In this document: positions 60,850-64,000 of the stretch, piece after piece | Layout: each line of letters begins with the position of its first letter | How positions within the stretch are numbered: position 1 is the first letter of the stretch | Source of the DNA: Paecilomyces variotii | Lineage: Eukaryota | Reading direction: 5' to 3' (one strand) | Length of the DNA stretch: 64,000 bases | Assembly: GCA_004022145.1 (NCBI GenBank) | Contig: RCNU01000021.1 | Program-made: the position numbers and the translations under genes | The notes under the pieces: model-generated | Told to the model about the DNA's origin: nothing | Databases searched by the model: none | What the model saw: the letters and a program-made list of their open reading frames with translations, nothing else

Positions 60850-63841
60850 CTACGCCACGACACGGGTCGTATTAGGCCGCATCAGGTCCTGGCTAGCCTG
60901 CTTGGAAACTGTTCCAGTCTCGGTACGGTCATCCATACCGTCGGTCTCATGAGCAGTCTCGTCATCATCCTCAACGATCTTGGTTGGGATGTCGCCGGGG
61001 CCATATTGCTGGCTAGAGCGCTCCGGGATAGTAGAGCTGCTTACCATCGACATCGAGGTGCTGGAACGATTGTGCACCAGGTCCGGGGTTGGCGGGATGC
61101 TGTTTCGGCTGTCCGCGTTCAGAAAGCTGCTCTCACCTTCACCCAGTTCACTTCCGTCACGGGTAGACTGGGCACGGCCATCATCCGAAGGTGCGACAGT
61201 GCTTCCATCCTGTCCCTGGTTCTCCATGTCGTCAAGGTCATCCATCTCCTCAGCACCTTGAGCAAGATGGAGCCCTTCGACAGCAGCAGCACACTGGTCG
61301 CTGATGTTACGGATGATGTCCGCAATGGCATCAGTCTTGTCCCTCAAGTAACGGTCCGCAACGTCGGACATGCTGAGCCGCGAGAGACGGTTGTCCTTGT
61401 CGGTGCTAGAATTGCTCTCCATGTCTGCGTTCGCATCACCTCCGAGGATGCGACTCGAGCGGCGAGAGGCCATCGAACGACGGTAGGTGCTCAGGCGGGA
61501 GGCACTTGCTTTCCGAGCGAGGATCTCCCTGCTTCCTCTTCTGGATTGCGACTGTCCTTCTTCCGTCTGTTCAGGCGACTCGACGCGTTCAGCGTAGTCA
61601 GAGAGTTCCGGTGCGCTGCCAATCGAGCGAATCAAGTGCTCCACATGATGAGTCTGACCGCTGATGAGACTGCGCAGATGCACGACGACACGGACAGCCT
61701 CATCACGCTGGCGAGCCAGTGCACTGTTGGTGTTCTGCAGAGCGGCGAGTTCCTTTTGGTTGCGCTTCCTCTCGCGCTCAAGCTCCTCGGCAATCTCTTG
61801 TTGCAAAACAAGAGCCTCGAGAGCGTCATCCCTCTGCTTCTCAGTGCCAGAGAGACGGAGCGTGAGACGAGCGGCGTCGTCCTTCTGCTGGTCAATGAGA
61901 GTTGAAAGGCGGCGGTTCTCACGCTTGTGACTCTCAATCTTGACCTTGAGCTCAGATGTTTCCTTCGTGAGCTGCTCAGCAAAGGCCTGGAATTTGAGGA
62001 ACTGAGAGAAAATGTTAGATGCGACAATTGTCATATCACTAGAGTCAGGAAAAACCAACCTGCTGCTTCCAGCTCTCCAATTCTTCGACAAGGAAGTTGT
62101 TGCGCTTGGCGACCTTGGCCAGTTCGGTATCCATCCTTCCCTTGAGGTTAATGAAGTCCTGCCAGGCCTCCATGGCATCTCTAGAGTACTGGTTGCGCTC
62201 TCTGACGATTTCATTGAGGTGTCTCATGGAGACCTTGGTCATGAGTGGCTTCTTGACGGAGCCTCCGAAGATTGCCTTCATACCGGTGTTACGGCCCTAC
62301 AAGGAAGGTCAGTTATGTTCAATGGGTCTATGTAAGGTGCAAATTTACTCACCAACTTCTCGCAGACATGGTCCATGACACTCATCACAGAGTCCTGGTT
62401 CCACCACTCTGGATCCTGAATACTCTCAACCTCTCCCCTCATAACAATGATTTGACCGGCGGGGATCAGCTTGCCTCCACCGTAGGCAGATCGAAGATGC
62501 TGAGGGACACCGGTAGGTTGAACATCACCGTTCAGAGCCTGGGTGAGTCTGTTGATCATCTTGGTCCTCTGGCCGGGAGTCAGAATATTGGGAGGACTGG
62601 AGGTCAACACGAAGTTTCGGTCCAAGTCGACGACGAGCGCATCCGAAGGGGCAGTGAAGAGCGTCCGGCATTCCGAGGTGACACCGAGGATGTATGGTCC
62701 AGGCTCCTGGACAAGGTCTTTTGCGTGACGGGCGTGGACCACTGGGACGTAGAGACCGCTCCATTCGTATACTCGCACGCAGAACCGGATCGTTTCAGCG
62801 GCAACAGTAAGCATCGCTGGGTAATGACTGACGAAGATAATACGGCGGGTCGGGGAAACTGCCGCTTCAATCACGCCTACGATGTTAGGGACCGACAAGC
62901 AGGTAAACAACGGCCACATAGCAAAGTTCTGGAAGCCTGTAGGCGAAGATGGGAACTGGTAGCACAGTGCATAGTCTTTCATATCGATCCGCACAAGGTC
63001 GTTGAGACGAGGGGCAGGGAAACTCAGGATACGAGAGACCTCCTCCGCATGGAAGAGGTTGGTAGCCTTATTCCAGTGGATCCACATGCCACGAAGGTAA
63101 TCACCCAGCAGGTTGTAGAGAGGATAGCGAGAGAGGAAACTCAGACAGTACGGAATCCAATAGGTCTCATCGGCGCTGTCGTAGAAATCGGGCTCCGTCT
63201 TCTTGCGCAGCTCGCGGATGGTCTCCGCGCGTTTCTCATCGGCCCGCGACCACACACGGAGAGCAATACCGTAGAGTGTGTGGGAAGAATCCTGTTGCAA
63301 AACAAACGCATGGTGCACACAGTGCGGCTGGGTCTTTCCAGTGCAGATTTCGACATCATGGGGGAAGCACGCCTTTGGGTTTGTCAGTTCATATCCATTT
63401 CGTTTTGTGTCACCTGATAGCGAATCCATTTCTATTCGATAAAAGGAAGTGATATCTACTTACCCGCATGGCAGAGTGCAGAGCTCTAGCAATCTCGTTG
63501 TCCTGCTCGAGTCTAGGACTGCTTCCCAAGATTTCTGGAAGCCAGAATTGGCCCACGGCGCCTTTCATGTGCTGAATCTTTCCCTGTGCTGGCGGGGGAG
63601 CCTTCACCCATTGGGACGGCTCCCGGCCAACACCACAGACCATGTAGGCATGGGTAAGGGTTTTGGGGGTCCGCTGGGCAGGCTTAATATTCAGAGTCGA
63701 AGGAATCGGCTGCGTGATGCGAGAGTGGAGCGACGATGTACGACTGGGGATAATCAGAGAGTTGTCCTGGTCTCTGGTCGAAGGCCGATCACGCGTCGAT
63801 GGACGAACAAAGGAAGGGTGGTCCCTTAATGAAGGAGCCAT
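60850..63841 (-). CDS. DENN-domain protein (putative Rab GEF) with C-terminal coiled coil; multi-exon
   Basis: uDENN/cDENN motifs HAFVLQ...YG, YWIPYCLSFLSRYPLY, IIFVSHYPAMLT, YVPVVH, PGPYILGV, LVVDLD; introns near 63463-63373, 62352-62297, 62059-62002. Confidence 0.85.
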
Positions 63842-64000
63842 GGTGAACGTCGGCTCACACGCGAATATCTAAGTAGTTATGTCGGGGGTGGTGGTGATTG
63901 AGGACCCGCTGTAGCAGTTGCGATTCCCCAAGACGCGATAATTTGGATTTAAGAGATCCCGGTGTATGGGATGTAGAACGAGAGAGCCAAATCCGCAGAA

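Noticed and set aside
60949-63417. Long plus-strand ORFs (318 aa, 381 aa)
   Set aside because: Antisense shadows of the DENN gene caused by codon bias
1-64000. CRISPR arrays, rRNA, tRNA, secondary-metabolite core genes
   Set aside because: None detected; eukaryotic DNA with no repeat-spacer arrays, PKS/NRPS or terpene synthase motifs

Overview
Intron-containing genomic DNA of a filamentous ascomycete. Gene content and RIP suggest Eurotiales (Aspergillus/Penicillium/Paecilomyces-like); this placement is inference. Gene order: 3' end of the CAD/pyrABCN (URA2) gene, an MFS sugar transporter, an uncharacterised 818-aa protein and a Yvc1/TRP-like channel. Next is an 18-kb RIP-destroyed AT-rich island (13209-31281) that resolves into three nested transposons: a pogo/Fot1 DNA transposon containing a chromovirus Ty3/Gypsy element, which contains a 10.25-kb non-chromoviral Ty3/Gypsy element with an extra ~3-kb ORF after integrase. 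Beside the island is an intronless three-gene glycan-modification cassette (putative beta-propeller GT91/GH130-like protein, acyltransferase-3, OCH1-like GT32). Housekeeping-type genes follow: VAMP7/Nyv1 SNARE, RPL26, AT-hook/C2H2 protein, OST4, Zn2Cys6 TF, TBC RabGAP, SDR and a DENN protein, plus a small secreted Trp-rich orphan. A ~250-280 bp non-RIPed sequence occurs twice in inverted orientation (4679-4953 and 31712-31957), bracketing ~27 kb. Best candidates for something undescribed are the glycan O-acylation cassette and the accessory ORF of the inner Gypsy element. All domain calls are by-eye motif recognition; no searches were run.
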